Shown: positions 31,463-40,741 of the stretch, piece by piece
How positions within the stretch are numbered: position 1 is the stretch's first letter
Layout: each line of letters opens with the position of its first letter
Virus record (IMG/VR): IMGVR_UViG_3300046786_000157
Coordinates: 32,001 to 96,000 of that record
Length of the DNA: 64,000 bases
Reading direction: 5' to 3' (one strand)
Origin: a virus
The notes under the pieces: generated by a model
What the model was told of the DNA's origin: nothing
What the model saw: the letters and a program-made list of their open reading frames with translations, nothing else
Databases searched by the model: none
Translations under genes and position numbers: made by a program

Positions 31463-32532
31463 CAAGTTGCTATGTGATTCATCATCAACAAGCATACGAC
31501 AATACATGGGATAAAGAAATCAGTGAGATAAAAACACTAAACCCTGATAGAATTATTCTCGAATGCTTGGAAGAACAAGAATGGAATTACATATTTAGAC
31601 ATTTCTTAGACAACATATTGCCATGGGTTAGAGAACATAACAAAGTAATACAAGTATTAGCGCCCGATATCGGTAATGTTGTGATGGAACATGTAGAAGT
31701 TTATCCGACAGTCGGTGTGATGCTAATGCAAGCAAATGATGTTGACAAGTGGATCAAGCAATCACATGATGCGGGTTTGGAAGAAAGATACATAGCTAAA
31801 AGATTTCCAAAAGTTCAATTTCCATTGTTGTTTAATTGCTACATTAATAAATATAGCCTTGAAAGAAGGAAGCTTATTGATGCATTATCTAAAGAGAATT
31901 TATTAAATGAGGGTATAGTAACTTGTCACTTCACTGCGGGTGAATGGACTCATCATGATGGGTCTAAGATAGTAGACCCGGCTGAACCTGATTTTGAACT
32001 ACACTCGAAACCCGAATATAGGCCATCAGTATTACCTAGGAATTTCTTCAAAGGGTTCTTTGATATAGTCCCTGAGTCTCGTTACGCCAACAATGAGTTT
32101 ATGATGACTGAGAAGACTATCAAAAGCATTATTAATTATAAACCCTTTCTAGTATTGTCTTCTAAAGGATATCACAAAGAGTTCTTAGTTAAACGTATGG
32201 GGTATCAATTGTATGATGAAATGTTTGACTACAGCTTTGATTCATGTGATAACATTGATGACCGAATTGAAGGCATAGTAGAGAACATAAAAAGACTACG
32301 TGACAAATTATCAGGGCCAGCAGAATATGACAATAAATATAACTTAATGGTTGCTCTCTCTAAGAAATTGCATTACAACCGGGCTAAATTTTTTGATATC
32401 TTTTATGATCCTGATAAAATAATACCCGAATGTTTACAATTTGTAAGAAAGACAGATGATTATAAATTCTATGGTAATACAGATGGGTTTTTGTTTCATC
32501 ACATGAAACAAATGAATTGGATTAAATTATGA
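31459..32532 (+). CDS. Putative glycosyltransferase, paralog of the 29178 C-terminal domain
   Basis: DIVPESRY...MTEKTIKSI...KPFLVL...GYQLYDEMFDYSFD. Confidence 0.45.
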   Translation: MTSCYVIHHQQAYDNTWDKEISEIKTLNPDRIILECLEEQEWNYIFRHFLDNILPWVREHNKVIQVLAPDIGNVVMEHVEVYPTVGVMLMQANDVDKWIKQSHDAGLEERYIAKRFPKVQFPLLFNCYINKYSLERRKLIDALSKENLLNEGIVTCHFTAGEWTHHDGSKIVDPAEPDFELHSKPEYRPSVLPRNFFKGFFDIVPESRYANNEFMMTEKTIKSIINYKPFLVLSSKGYHKEFLVKRMGYQLYDEMFDYSFDSCDNIDDRIEGIVENIKRLRDKLSGPAEYDNKYNLMVALSKKLHYNRAKFFDIFYDPDKIIPECLQFVRKTDDYKFYGNTDGFLFHHMKQMNWIKL

Positions 32533-33446
32533 AAAAATATATTGTAGGTATTGGATGTAGTTGGACACAAGGTGAAGGTGGCTATACTGAACAAGTATGG
32601 GAAGAGCATGGTGGCAGAGTCCAAGTCAGAGGGCGTGATGACTATTATCTGAGAAAGATGGAACATGAAAACAGTTGGGTCAATGTACTAGCTAAAGAAC
32701 ATTTTCCAGGATATGAAGCAGTTAATCTAGGGGCACGTGGTATAGGAAATCGTGCGGCAGTACATCAGTTGCATTTCTGTGATAAAATTGACTGGGCTAA
32801 CAGTGAAGGCTATATCGTATTGATGCTGAGTGGCTTTGAGAGATTTGACTTCTTCCAAGAACATCCATACCGCAACGGTGGACAAGATGACTTTTATAGT
32901 GACAATAACTATGTACACTATAAGTGGAGAACAATGTGGCCTGTACCAGACAACGGTGGCCTTGAAGCTCCTTTATGGAATTGCTATGCTAAAATGCTAT
33001 GGAGCGAACAGTTTGTTGCTAGCGAAGCTATGATGGCGTTACTTGATGCACAGACGTTTGCAAAAGCACATGGCTTTAAGTTGATTGTTGCAAATGCTTT
33101 CAATCAACATACACGTGGAGTTAGAACATATCTATCTGAGAATACCGGATCACTTGCTGAAAAGTTTGATTGGAATACATATGTACATGAATCCACAGAC
33201 TATGTAGCCTTTATGCAACATTTAGTGACGCTAGACGGATTGATGAACCCTAGAGATTGGGGAGCATATCACAACTTCTATAGAGTCAGAGACTGGCCAT
33301 CTAAATACTTAACTAACTGTGACGGCGCGCATCCTACATTATTGGGATACAAAGAAATTGCTAGTCAGTTAGCAAAATTTATAAAAGAAAAAGATGACAA
33401 AGAAAATAGTCAGTTTCGTCAATCCGAATTTTCAACAAGGCCCTAA
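32529..33446 (+). CDS. SGNH/GDSL-fold esterase or acyltransferase-like protein
   Basis: GCSWT (block I Ser), GARGIGN, C-terminal DGAHP. Confidence 0.6.
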   Translation: MKKYIVGIGCSWTQGEGGYTEQVWEEHGGRVQVRGRDDYYLRKMEHENSWVNVLAKEHFPGYEAVNLGARGIGNRAAVHQLHFCDKIDWANSEGYIVLMLSGFERFDFFQEHPYRNGGQDDFYSDNNYVHYKWRTMWPVPDNGGLEAPLWNCYAKMLWSEQFVASEAMMALLDAQTFAKAHGFKLIVANAFNQHTRGVRTYLSENTGSLAEKFDWNTYVHESTDYVAFMQHLVTLDGLMNPRDWGAYHNFYRVRDWPSKYLTNCDGAHPTLLGYKEIASQLAKFIKEKDDKENSQFRQSEFSTRP

Positions 33447-35316
33447 AGAATTCAATGCGTTCTATCTGCCTTACAGCCCCGCTGTCCTATGGGCATACGT
33501 AGCACAATTTGAAAACATTACAGACAATTATGAATTAGGTGAATTCATATGGCGCAGAGATACAATTGAAGAAGCAGTTGAAAGATTAAAAGATCATGCA
33601 ATTGTAGGGTTCAGTACATACATTTGGAATCGCAGTTACAATACGGTGCTTGCACGTGAATTGAAGAAAGCTAACCCTGATATTCTAATTCTTGCAGGTG
33701 GGCCAGAGTATCCCATAGAGAAGCCTAACTTCTTTAAAACATACCCATTCATTGATATATGTGCTAAGTTAGAAGGTGAAAAATCATTCAAGCAGATCCT
33801 TGAACACTTCTTATCAGACAAAGACTACAAATCTATTCCAGGATTACTAATTAACGATAACGGGAATACGATTGATACCGGCGATGCTGTACGTATTGAC
33901 GACTTAGACACGATACCTAGTCCGTATCTAACAGATGTATTTAAAAGTCTCATGGATAAACATCCTGAGATACGATGGAATGCTACGTTAGAAACAAACA
34001 GAGGTTGTCCATACGCCTGTACCTTCTGTGACTGGGGTTCGTTAACATACAATAAAGTTAAGAAGTTTAATCTTGAACGTGTGTTTCATGAATTAGAATG
34101 GATCGGTAAGAACAAATGTGATTTCGTATCATTGACTGATGCTAACTTTGGAATCTTCCCTGAACGTGATAGCTTGATTGCAGACAAACTAATTGCTGTA
34201 CAGAAAGAATACGATAATCCCAAAGCATATACAATTGCATGGGCAAAGAATCAAAAGCGTGAAGTTGTAGAGATTGTACGCAAATTGATTTACGAAGGTG
34301 GAAGTAAGATGGGTCTTAACCTATCTGTGCAGAGTATGGACGATGATGTATTAGACATTATCAAGCGTAAGAATCTTGAAATGAATAAGATTCAAGAAGT
34401 ATTTGAACTATGCGAAGAATTTAACATTCCATTGTACACTGAATTGATTCTAGGCTTGCCTGGTGAGTCATTAACAACTTGGAAGCAGAACTTCTACAAA
34501 CTATTCAAAGCAGGTAATCATACGGGCATTACTGTATACCAAGCACAGTTGTTAGAGAATGCCGAGATGAACTTACTACAGCGTAAATTGTATCGTTTGG
34601 AAGGTCGTATTGTATATGATTATCTAGTAGGAACGTACAACGAGCATGAATTGAAAGAGGGTATTGAAGTTATCGTATCTACTAAAGACATGCCCCGTGA
34701 CGATATGGTTGAAGCTCAAGTGTTTAGTTGGTTTATGAACACATTTCATATTAATGGTATCACTAACTTCATTAGCAGATACTTGTATAAGCAGGGTACT
34801 GAGTATGAAGTGTTCTATGGTAAACTATTAGAACATGTACAGCTTGATCCATGGTTTAACAGTGAGATTGAAAGAATCAAAGAACATTATAGACGTTGGA
34901 CTGACAACGGTTTAATCGACCACGAGCCTATTCAGGGTATGGAGATTCACGGTTGGAATCTAATTCACTCTACAATGATTAACTTGCACGGACAGGGTAA
35001 GCACAAGCATGTATTCGAAGTAGTAGAAGAATTCATGCGTGATAACTTTGAACTAGATGAAGATATTTTACAAGAATTACTTACAATTCAAAAGACATTT
35101 GTGGTCAATCACAGTAGAATCAGTGAATACCCATTGATTGTTGAATCTAAGCTTGACATTCTAGGATACATTCAACACGATACATCATTGAATACTCCAA
35201 GCAAATATGAATTTGACTTCCCCGAAGATAAAACAATGAGTCTGCAAAGATTTTGTGAACAGATATTCTTTGCACGTAGAAGAAACTTTGGTAAAGCTTG
35301 GGTAACTAAACAATGA
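33394..35316 (+). CDS. Cobalamin-binding (class B-type) radical SAM protein
   Basis: N-terminal B12-binding-like domain (YLPYS..., GFSTYIWN, LAGGPE); RGCPYACTFCDW; DANFG; SVQSM; ELILGLPGE. Confidence 0.85.
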   Translation: MTKKIVSFVNPNFQQGPKEFNAFYLPYSPAVLWAYVAQFENITDNYELGEFIWRRDTIEEAVERLKDHAIVGFSTYIWNRSYNTVLARELKKANPDILILAGGPEYPIEKPNFFKTYPFIDICAKLEGEKSFKQILEHFLSDKDYKSIPGLLINDNGNTIDTGDAVRIDDLDTIPSPYLTDVFKSLMDKHPEIRWNATLETNRGCPYACTFCDWGSLTYNKVKKFNLERVFHELEWIGKNKCDFVSLTDANFGIFPERDSLIADKLIAVQKEYDNPKAYTIAWAKNQKREVVEIVRKLIYEGGSKMGLNLSVQSMDDDVLDIIKRKNLEMNKIQEVFELCEEFNIPLYTELILGLPGESLTTWKQNFYKLFKAGNHTGITVYQAQLLENAEMNLLQRKLYRLEGRIVYDYLVGTYNEHELKEGIEVIVSTKDMPRDDMVEAQVFSWFMNTFHINGITNFISRYLYKQGTEYEVFYGKLLEHVQLDPWFNSEIERIKEHYRRWTDNGLIDHEPIQGMEIHGWNLIHSTMINLHGQGKHKHVFEVVEEFMRDNFELDEDILQELLTIQKTFVVNHSRISEYPLIVESKLDILGYIQHDTSLNTPSKYEFDFPEDKTMSLQRFCEQIFFARRRNFGKAWVTKQ

Positions 35317-36080
35317 TTGACTATACAAAATACAAACGATTCTTTACATTTGGGTGTAGCTTCACTAGTTATATATGGCCAACATGGGCTGACCTTATAA
35401 GCAAAGAAATGCCTCAAGCAGAGTTCTTTAATTTAGGAAAGACGGGCGCCGGCAACTTATGTATATCATCCAAAGTAGCCGAAGCTAACAATAGATTTAA
35501 ATTTACTGACACTGACTTGGTAATGGTTATGTTCTCTAGTTATACCAGAGAAGATAGATGGGTAGAATACGAATGGATGACAAAAGGCAATGTATACGTT
35601 AACAATGTCTACACCAATGACTGGGTTAGAAAGTTCGCTGATGAACGTGGGTATTTGATACGTGATGCATCACTAATTGACCTGACTACTAGATACCTAA
35701 AATCCTTACCATGTGATTCATATACTATGCTGAGTGTGCCGTTTAAAACAAATGCAGATTCACCTAATAGTGATAGCACTGCCCCGGACGATATACTAGA
35801 GGTATATGCAGATACCTTTAATAAGATGGGTCCGTCATTATTTGAATTATCACTTTTTGGGTGGACTACTGATTACAAAAAGTTCTCAGACGGTCACCCT
35901 TCTCCTATAAAGTATTACGACTATCTAGAAAAGATAGGAATAACGTTGTCAGAATCAACAAAGCAATATGCATTAGATTCTACCCAAATACTAATTGAAG
36001 AAGAATCACGTGCATTAGCGCAAAGTAGGTTTCCCGAACAAGACGCTAATACAACCAAAGGGCAAAAATTAATGTTTTAA
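35313..36080 (+). CDS. SGNH-fold protein
   Basis: GCSFT, GKTGAGN, DGHP. Confidence 0.55.
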   Translation: MIDYTKYKRFFTFGCSFTSYIWPTWADLISKEMPQAEFFNLGKTGAGNLCISSKVAEANNRFKFTDTDLVMVMFSSYTREDRWVEYEWMTKGNVYVNNVYTNDWVRKFADERGYLIRDASLIDLTTRYLKSLPCDSYTMLSVPFKTNADSPNSDSTAPDDILEVYADTFNKMGPSLFELSLFGWTTDYKKFSDGHPSPIKYYDYLEKIGITLSESTKQYALDSTQILIEEESRALAQSRFPEQDANTTKGQKLMF

Positions 36081-36083
36081 CTG

Positions 36084-36112
36084 TTGCGTTATTAACTTAA
36101 ATAACGTATAAT
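36084..36112 (+). promoter_or_regulatory. Composite promoter: sigma70 TTGCGT-17-TATAAT with late TAAATA in the spacer
   Basis: -35 at 36084-89, -10 at 36107-12, TAAATA at 36098-103; AAGGAG SD precedes the TTG start at 36137. Confidence 0.6.
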
Positions 36113-36136
36113 AGTAAAGAATTAAGGAGTGTATTT

Positions 36137-38395
36137 TTGGATTTCAATTTAAAGTCATTGGCGGTAGACAAAGCCGCCCCCAAAGAAAGACCGACAGAAG
36201 ACATTGCGGATGCACGCCATCGTAGTATGATGGAAGCTATTGCTCCCTATGCTAAAAAGACGATCCAAAAGAACCTAACTCCGGTCTACGTAGATTACAA
36301 AACACGCAAGACTACATTAGCGTTAGTGTTATGTCCTGAGTGGAGCCCGTATATGCCTCCGTTCAGTCTTGCACGACTATCAGGTGTTGCTAAGAGTGCC
36401 GGCTATGAAACACACATCATGGACTTGAACGTTAAAGCGTACAATACATATCGTGATGATTGGCAACCAAACAACAAACTACCCTTTAGACTATGGGATC
36501 CTTCTAGCTCATGGCATTGGCTAGGTGACACATATCTCAATGATATTCACCCTGTACTAGAACCTATTCTTACAGAAGCTATTGATAAGTTAGTTGAAAT
36601 GAAGCCTGACGTTGTTGGCTTTAGTGTATATTACATTAGCGAAGAACCCACTAAGTGGATGTGTCAAGAACTCAAACGTAGACTGCCTAATGTAAAGATT
36701 GCTGTTGGTGGCCCTAACGTACACAAGAGTTGGTTTAAGATTGAACCGTACTATGACTATGTTGTCGTAGGTGAAGGAGAGCAGAACTTATTAGTCTTGC
36801 TAGAAGATGTAGAGAACGGTAACACACGTGATATCCCTCTGATATTGAATCAACCTGAAGACGAACGTATCAACATCAACGGCTTACCTATGCCTGACTA
36901 TGAAAGTATCGACTTCAATCAGTATGAATTGCCTAACGGCGTTAACTCAGAGATATCACGTGGCTGTACAGCTAAGTGTACATTCTGTGAAGAAACACAC
37001 TTCTGGAAGTATCGTCAGCGTCAAGCAGTTGACTTGATTGATGAAGTTGAATGGCTATATTATAACAAAGGTACTGACGTTATTTGGTTCATTGATAGTC
37101 TTATCAATGGTAACCCTAAAGAATTACGTGCATTTGCAGTAGCACTTAAAGAAAAAGACTTGAAAGTACGATGGACGGGATACGCACGTTGTGATGGTCG
37201 TATGAATTTAGAATATCTAAAAGACTTAGCTGATGGTGGCTGTATCATGTTCAACTTTGGATGTGAATCGGGCAGTCAGAAAGTATTAGATGATATGGCT
37301 AAGGGTGTTACTATCAAAGAGATGGAACAAAACTTTATTGACTGTAAAGAAGTAGGCATTTGGTGCGCTACTAACTGGATTGTAGGTTTCCCCACAGAAG
37401 ACTTCCAAGACTATGCAGATACAATGACATTCATCTGGCGTATGCGTAATAACAACATGAACAATGCAGGTCTAGGTGTAGGTTACGGTTTAGGTCCAGA
37501 AACAATTGTAGGACAGAATCCTCACAAGTTTAACATTAGTTGGCACAAGTATATGAATCATTGGATCTCTAATGATTTCGCTAAAGGTGGCACACACGTT
37601 ATGATTCGTGTGAAGACATTTCATATGTTCTTAGACTTCTTCAAAGGATGTACAGAAGTTCCTGTAGGTTATCCTGTACGTTTTGCATTAGAGAAAGAAC
37701 ATTACAAAATTACATTTGACAATCCTGATACTATCAGAGAAATCGAATATGAAAAGTTTGACTATAACATCATCAAAGTAAAGATTAACCCATTCGCTAA
37801 CACACTAGTTAATGAAATGTGGCCTTTCTTTAGAATGTTGTGGAAGACTCGCGGTGGCTATGAAGCAGAAGTATTGTATAACCCTGAGATTGACTTGAAA
37901 GAGTTTGGAAGTCAGTTTGGCCCCGGCATGTTTAATGCTGTATACAAGTTTAAAATTACTGATGACGGTAAGTGGAGTGCTGACTTTGATATCAAGTTCA
38001 ATCAGAACGTGGAGAATCCATATGATGACCGTGAGCCGCCGCCAGCAGGTCGTAAAGGTCCTTTCTATGCACAAGACTATTCTCGTCTACAGTCAAATAC
38101 AAGTAAACGTGCTCGTAAGCTTGCTAAGCCTAAGTGGGATGAAGAAGAAGGTCGTAGTGGACAAGACTTTACAGACTTACTTAACGAAGAAGCACACTTG
38201 AATGCTAACGTTGACTTCTCATTCAATCATCATTACATTGGTGAAGGTGATTGGGGCAACTATAATGATTATGCAGTTGAAGTATCAAGTGTAACAACTG
38301 TCGCATTACCGGAAAAAGAAGCTCAGAAGTACAATGAAGTGGGAGTAATTAAGTTAGACACTATCAAGCGCAAGCGTCCTGCGTTCCCTGTCTAA
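36137..38395 (+). CDS. Cobalamin-binding (class B-type) radical SAM protein, 752 aa
   Basis: MPPFSLARL, VVGFSVY, AVGGPN, GEGE; RGCTAKCTFC; FIDSLIN; FGCESGSQKVL; WIVGFPTE. TTG start with a good SD. Confidence 0.85.
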   Translation: MDFNLKSLAVDKAAPKERPTEDIADARHRSMMEAIAPYAKKTIQKNLTPVYVDYKTRKTTLALVLCPEWSPYMPPFSLARLSGVAKSAGYETHIMDLNVKAYNTYRDDWQPNNKLPFRLWDPSSSWHWLGDTYLNDIHPVLEPILTEAIDKLVEMKPDVVGFSVYYISEEPTKWMCQELKRRLPNVKIAVGGPNVHKSWFKIEPYYDYVVVGEGEQNLLVLLEDVENGNTRDIPLILNQPEDERININGLPMPDYESIDFNQYELPNGVNSEISRGCTAKCTFCEETHFWKYRQRQAVDLIDEVEWLYYNKGTDVIWFIDSLINGNPKELRAFAVALKEKDLKVRWTGYARCDGRMNLEYLKDLADGGCIMFNFGCESGSQKVLDDMAKGVTIKEMEQNFIDCKEVGIWCATNWIVGFPTEDFQDYADTMTFIWRMRNNNMNNAGLGVGYGLGPETIVGQNPHKFNISWHKYMNHWISNDFAKGGTHVMIRVKTFHMFLDFFKGCTEVPVGYPVRFALEKEHYKITFDNPDTIREIEYEKFDYNIIKVKINPFANTLVNEMWPFFRMLWKTRGGYEAEVLYNPEIDLKEFGSQFGPGMFNAVYKFKITDDGKWSADFDIKFNQNVENPYDDREPPPAGRKGPFYAQDYSRLQSNTSKRARKLAKPKWDEEEGRSGQDFTDLLNEEAHLNANVDFSFNHHYIGEGDWGNYNDYAVEVSSVTTVALPEKEAQKYNEVGVIKLDTIKRKRPAFPV

Positions 38396-38407
38396 TAGAA
38401 AGTGAAT

Positions 38408-39154
38408 ATGAAAAAGATAATGTTAATTGCAGGATGTAGTCATACATCTGGATCTGAAATAAATGGCACCGAAGATAGCGAATACAATCGCCAGCATTCG
38501 TATGGTAATCAGCTTGCATATAAGCTAGGATATGAACCCATTAACTTTGCTGAGCCAGGCTCAACAAACCCCACAATTGCTAGAAGTATTTTAGAATGGT
38601 TCAGTAAAGAATACAAACCAGAAGAAATGAAATTGTTTGTTTTGATTGGATGGACAGAATCTACTCGTATGGAAGTACCTTTTCATAGAACATCATGGTA
38701 TGATTTTCATAATTCATCACATGATTGGTTCTCTGAGTCAGGTAGAGATTATCTACGAATCAATATGGGTTGGGAAGGTATTGACCCTGAAGAAAAAGAA
38801 TTGATTCCTGCATATCATAGATTCATGGCTAATAACACTCAGTACCTAGAGATAGTCAGTGCTAACGCAGTGCTACAATTGCAATACTTCTTAAAGATGC
38901 ACAAAGTTGATTATACAATGTGCAACGTAATGCATATGTTCACTCAGGATAAACATCTTGATTTCTATACTGGCTTAATAGATACCACTAAATATATGAA
39001 CATGGACGACAATGACCAGTCATTCTATACTAGGTATAAGAGAGATGGGTATACTAATCCTAAAGCTAAGTATTGGCATCATGATGAAATTCCTCATCGT
39101 TTATATGCCGAAGAGTTGTTCAGATTCATAGGAGAGAACAAATGTTTATCGTAA
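38408..39154 (+). CDS. SGNH-fold protein
   Basis: AGCSHTSGSE, PGSTN, IGWTE, WHH. ATG 38408 preferred over GTG 38402. Confidence 0.55.
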   Translation: MKKIMLIAGCSHTSGSEINGTEDSEYNRQHSYGNQLAYKLGYEPINFAEPGSTNPTIARSILEWFSKEYKPEEMKLFVLIGWTESTRMEVPFHRTSWYDFHNSSHDWFSESGRDYLRINMGWEGIDPEEKELIPAYHRFMANNTQYLEIVSANAVLQLQYFLKMHKVDYTMCNVMHMFTQDKHLDFYTGLIDTTKYMNMDDNDQSFYTRYKRDGYTNPKAKYWHHDEIPHRLYAEELFRFIGENKCLS

Positions 39155-39240
39155 GATTTTATAAATATTTGGTACGTGAATATCAGTACCGCAAGCGCAT
39201 CAAAGAACTACGTAAAAGAGATCCATTCATCTACAAATGA
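39142..39240 (+). CDS. 32-aa basic microprotein
   Basis: Hand-translated MFIVRFYKYLVREYQYRKRIKELRKRDPFIYK*; GGAG SD; ATGA-coupled to the carbamoyltransferase. Confidence 0.6.
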   Translation: MFIVRFYKYLVREYQYRKRIKELRKRDPFIYK

Positions 39241-40733
39241 ACTATATTGGTATAAGCTCAGGTTTTCATGACGCAGCCTTAAGCGTCATTGATAGTAATG
39301 GCAACATCGTGTTCGCTGGTCACAGTGAACGATACAGTAAGCACAAGCACGACAAACATTTGTCAATGGGTCTCGTTGAAGATGCATTGAAATACTGTGA
39401 TAGTCGTGATGTAGAGATTCATTATTACGAACGTCCGTGGATGAAGTTTCTACGTCAAGTTCGTTCAGGTGAAAAGCCTAAATTAGCAAACTTGTTTGTT
39501 AAAGACATTATCGGCACTGGTCTATTGCATAAACTACAAGATGGTCGTGGTGGCAAAGTTCATACACACAATCATCACTTGAGTCATGCGGCAGCAGGGT
39601 TCCAAACAAGCCCTTATGATGACGCTACTGTTGTTGTGATTGATGCTATCGGCGAGTTTGATACTATCAGTATTTGGAATGCTTACTACGATAAGAATGG
39701 TGTAGCACAATACAAAAAACTATGGGGACAGAAGTATCCAGATAGTATAGGATTATTCTATTCAGCAATGACTGAACGTGTAGGCTTACGTCCATTAGAT
39801 GAAGAATACATTTTGATGGGTATGGCAGCATATGGCAATGACAAACCATTAAAAGACATGTCTTCTGAGTTAATAGAATCATATAAAGATATTATTTTTA
39901 AAGATAATTTACATACCGGCGTATCTTCTAATTTCTTAGAAGGCGTTGATGATATGAGTATCGCCACTAGCGCACAATTGATTGCAGAACAATTAATTAC
40001 TAACGTTATGAGTAGAGCAAGAAGTTTAAGCAATAGTAAGAATCTTGTATACGGTGGCGGTGTAGCATTAAACTGTCTAGCGAATAGACTTATAGGAGAA
40101 TATTATGAGAATATTTGGATTATGCCTAATCCTGGTGATGCTGGTTCTAGCCTTGGTGCTGCCTGTCTCGGCTACGGTAAACGTGTTACTTGGAATAATA
40201 GCTTTATTGGTCATTGTATTGAAGGCAGCTATCCCACTAATGCTATTCTTGACAGTCTGCTTAGTGATAGGATTGTTGGGGTTGCTAGTGGTAGGGCTGA
40301 ATTCGGACCGAGAGCACTTGGACATAGAAGCCTACTTGCAGACCCCAGAGGACAAGAAATAAAGGATAAAGTAAATGAAATTAAACGCAGACAGAAGTTC
40401 AGACCTTTCGCCCCAGTCATTTTGGAGGAGTATGCTGATGATTATTTTGATATGCCTCGTGGCTTCAGTAATAGCAGGTATATGCAAGTCATCAGTCGTT
40501 GTAGGCATCCTGACTTATTTCCTGCTATCGTTCATAATGATGGGACTTCACGTGTTCAGACTGTTCCAAAAGATGGAAGTGGAATCAGAGAACTCCTTGA
40601 AAAGTGGTACATCTTGACAGGATGCCCAATGTTGTTAAACACATCACTTAACATACGAGGTGAACCAATGGTCAATGATCGTAGTGACGCTGACAGATTT
40701 GAAAAACTTTATAATGTCAAAGTCATTTCATAA
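39237..40733 (+). CDS. Carbamoyltransferase (NodU/CmcH/TobZ family)
   Basis: HDAA, ERYS..KHD, HHLSHAA, GRAEFGPRALGHRS, FRPFAP, HNDGTSRVQTV, LLNTSLN. Confidence 0.92.
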   Translation: MNYIGISSGFHDAALSVIDSNGNIVFAGHSERYSKHKHDKHLSMGLVEDALKYCDSRDVEIHYYERPWMKFLRQVRSGEKPKLANLFVKDIIGTGLLHKLQDGRGGKVHTHNHHLSHAAAGFQTSPYDDATVVVIDAIGEFDTISIWNAYYDKNGVAQYKKLWGQKYPDSIGLFYSAMTERVGLRPLDEEYILMGMAAYGNDKPLKDMSSELIESYKDIIFKDNLHTGVSSNFLEGVDDMSIATSAQLIAEQLITNVMSRARSLSNSKNLVYGGGVALNCLANRLIGEYYENIWIMPNPGDAGSSLGAACLGYGKRVTWNNSFIGHCIEGSYPTNAILDSLLSDRIVGVASGRAEFGPRALGHRSLLADPRGQEIKDKVNEIKRRQKFRPFAPVILEEYADDYFDMPRGFSNSRYMQVISRCRHPDLFPAIVHNDGTSRVQTVPKDGSGIRELLEKWYILTGCPMLLNTSLNIRGEPMVNDRSDADRFEKLYNVKVIS

Positions 40734-40736
40734 GTA
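40731..40736 (+). promoter_or_regulatory. Late promoter variant TAAGTA, probably leaderless
   Basis: Ends 5 nt before ATG 40742; no SD. Confidence 0.45.
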
Positions 40737-40741
40737 ATATT

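Noticed and set aside
33394-33446. 53-nt overlap between the SGNH gene and the cobalamin rSAM as a programmed frameshift or fusion
   Set aside because: Both ORFs are complete and no convincing slippery site with a downstream structure was found; more simply a C-terminal extension after loss of a stop codon.
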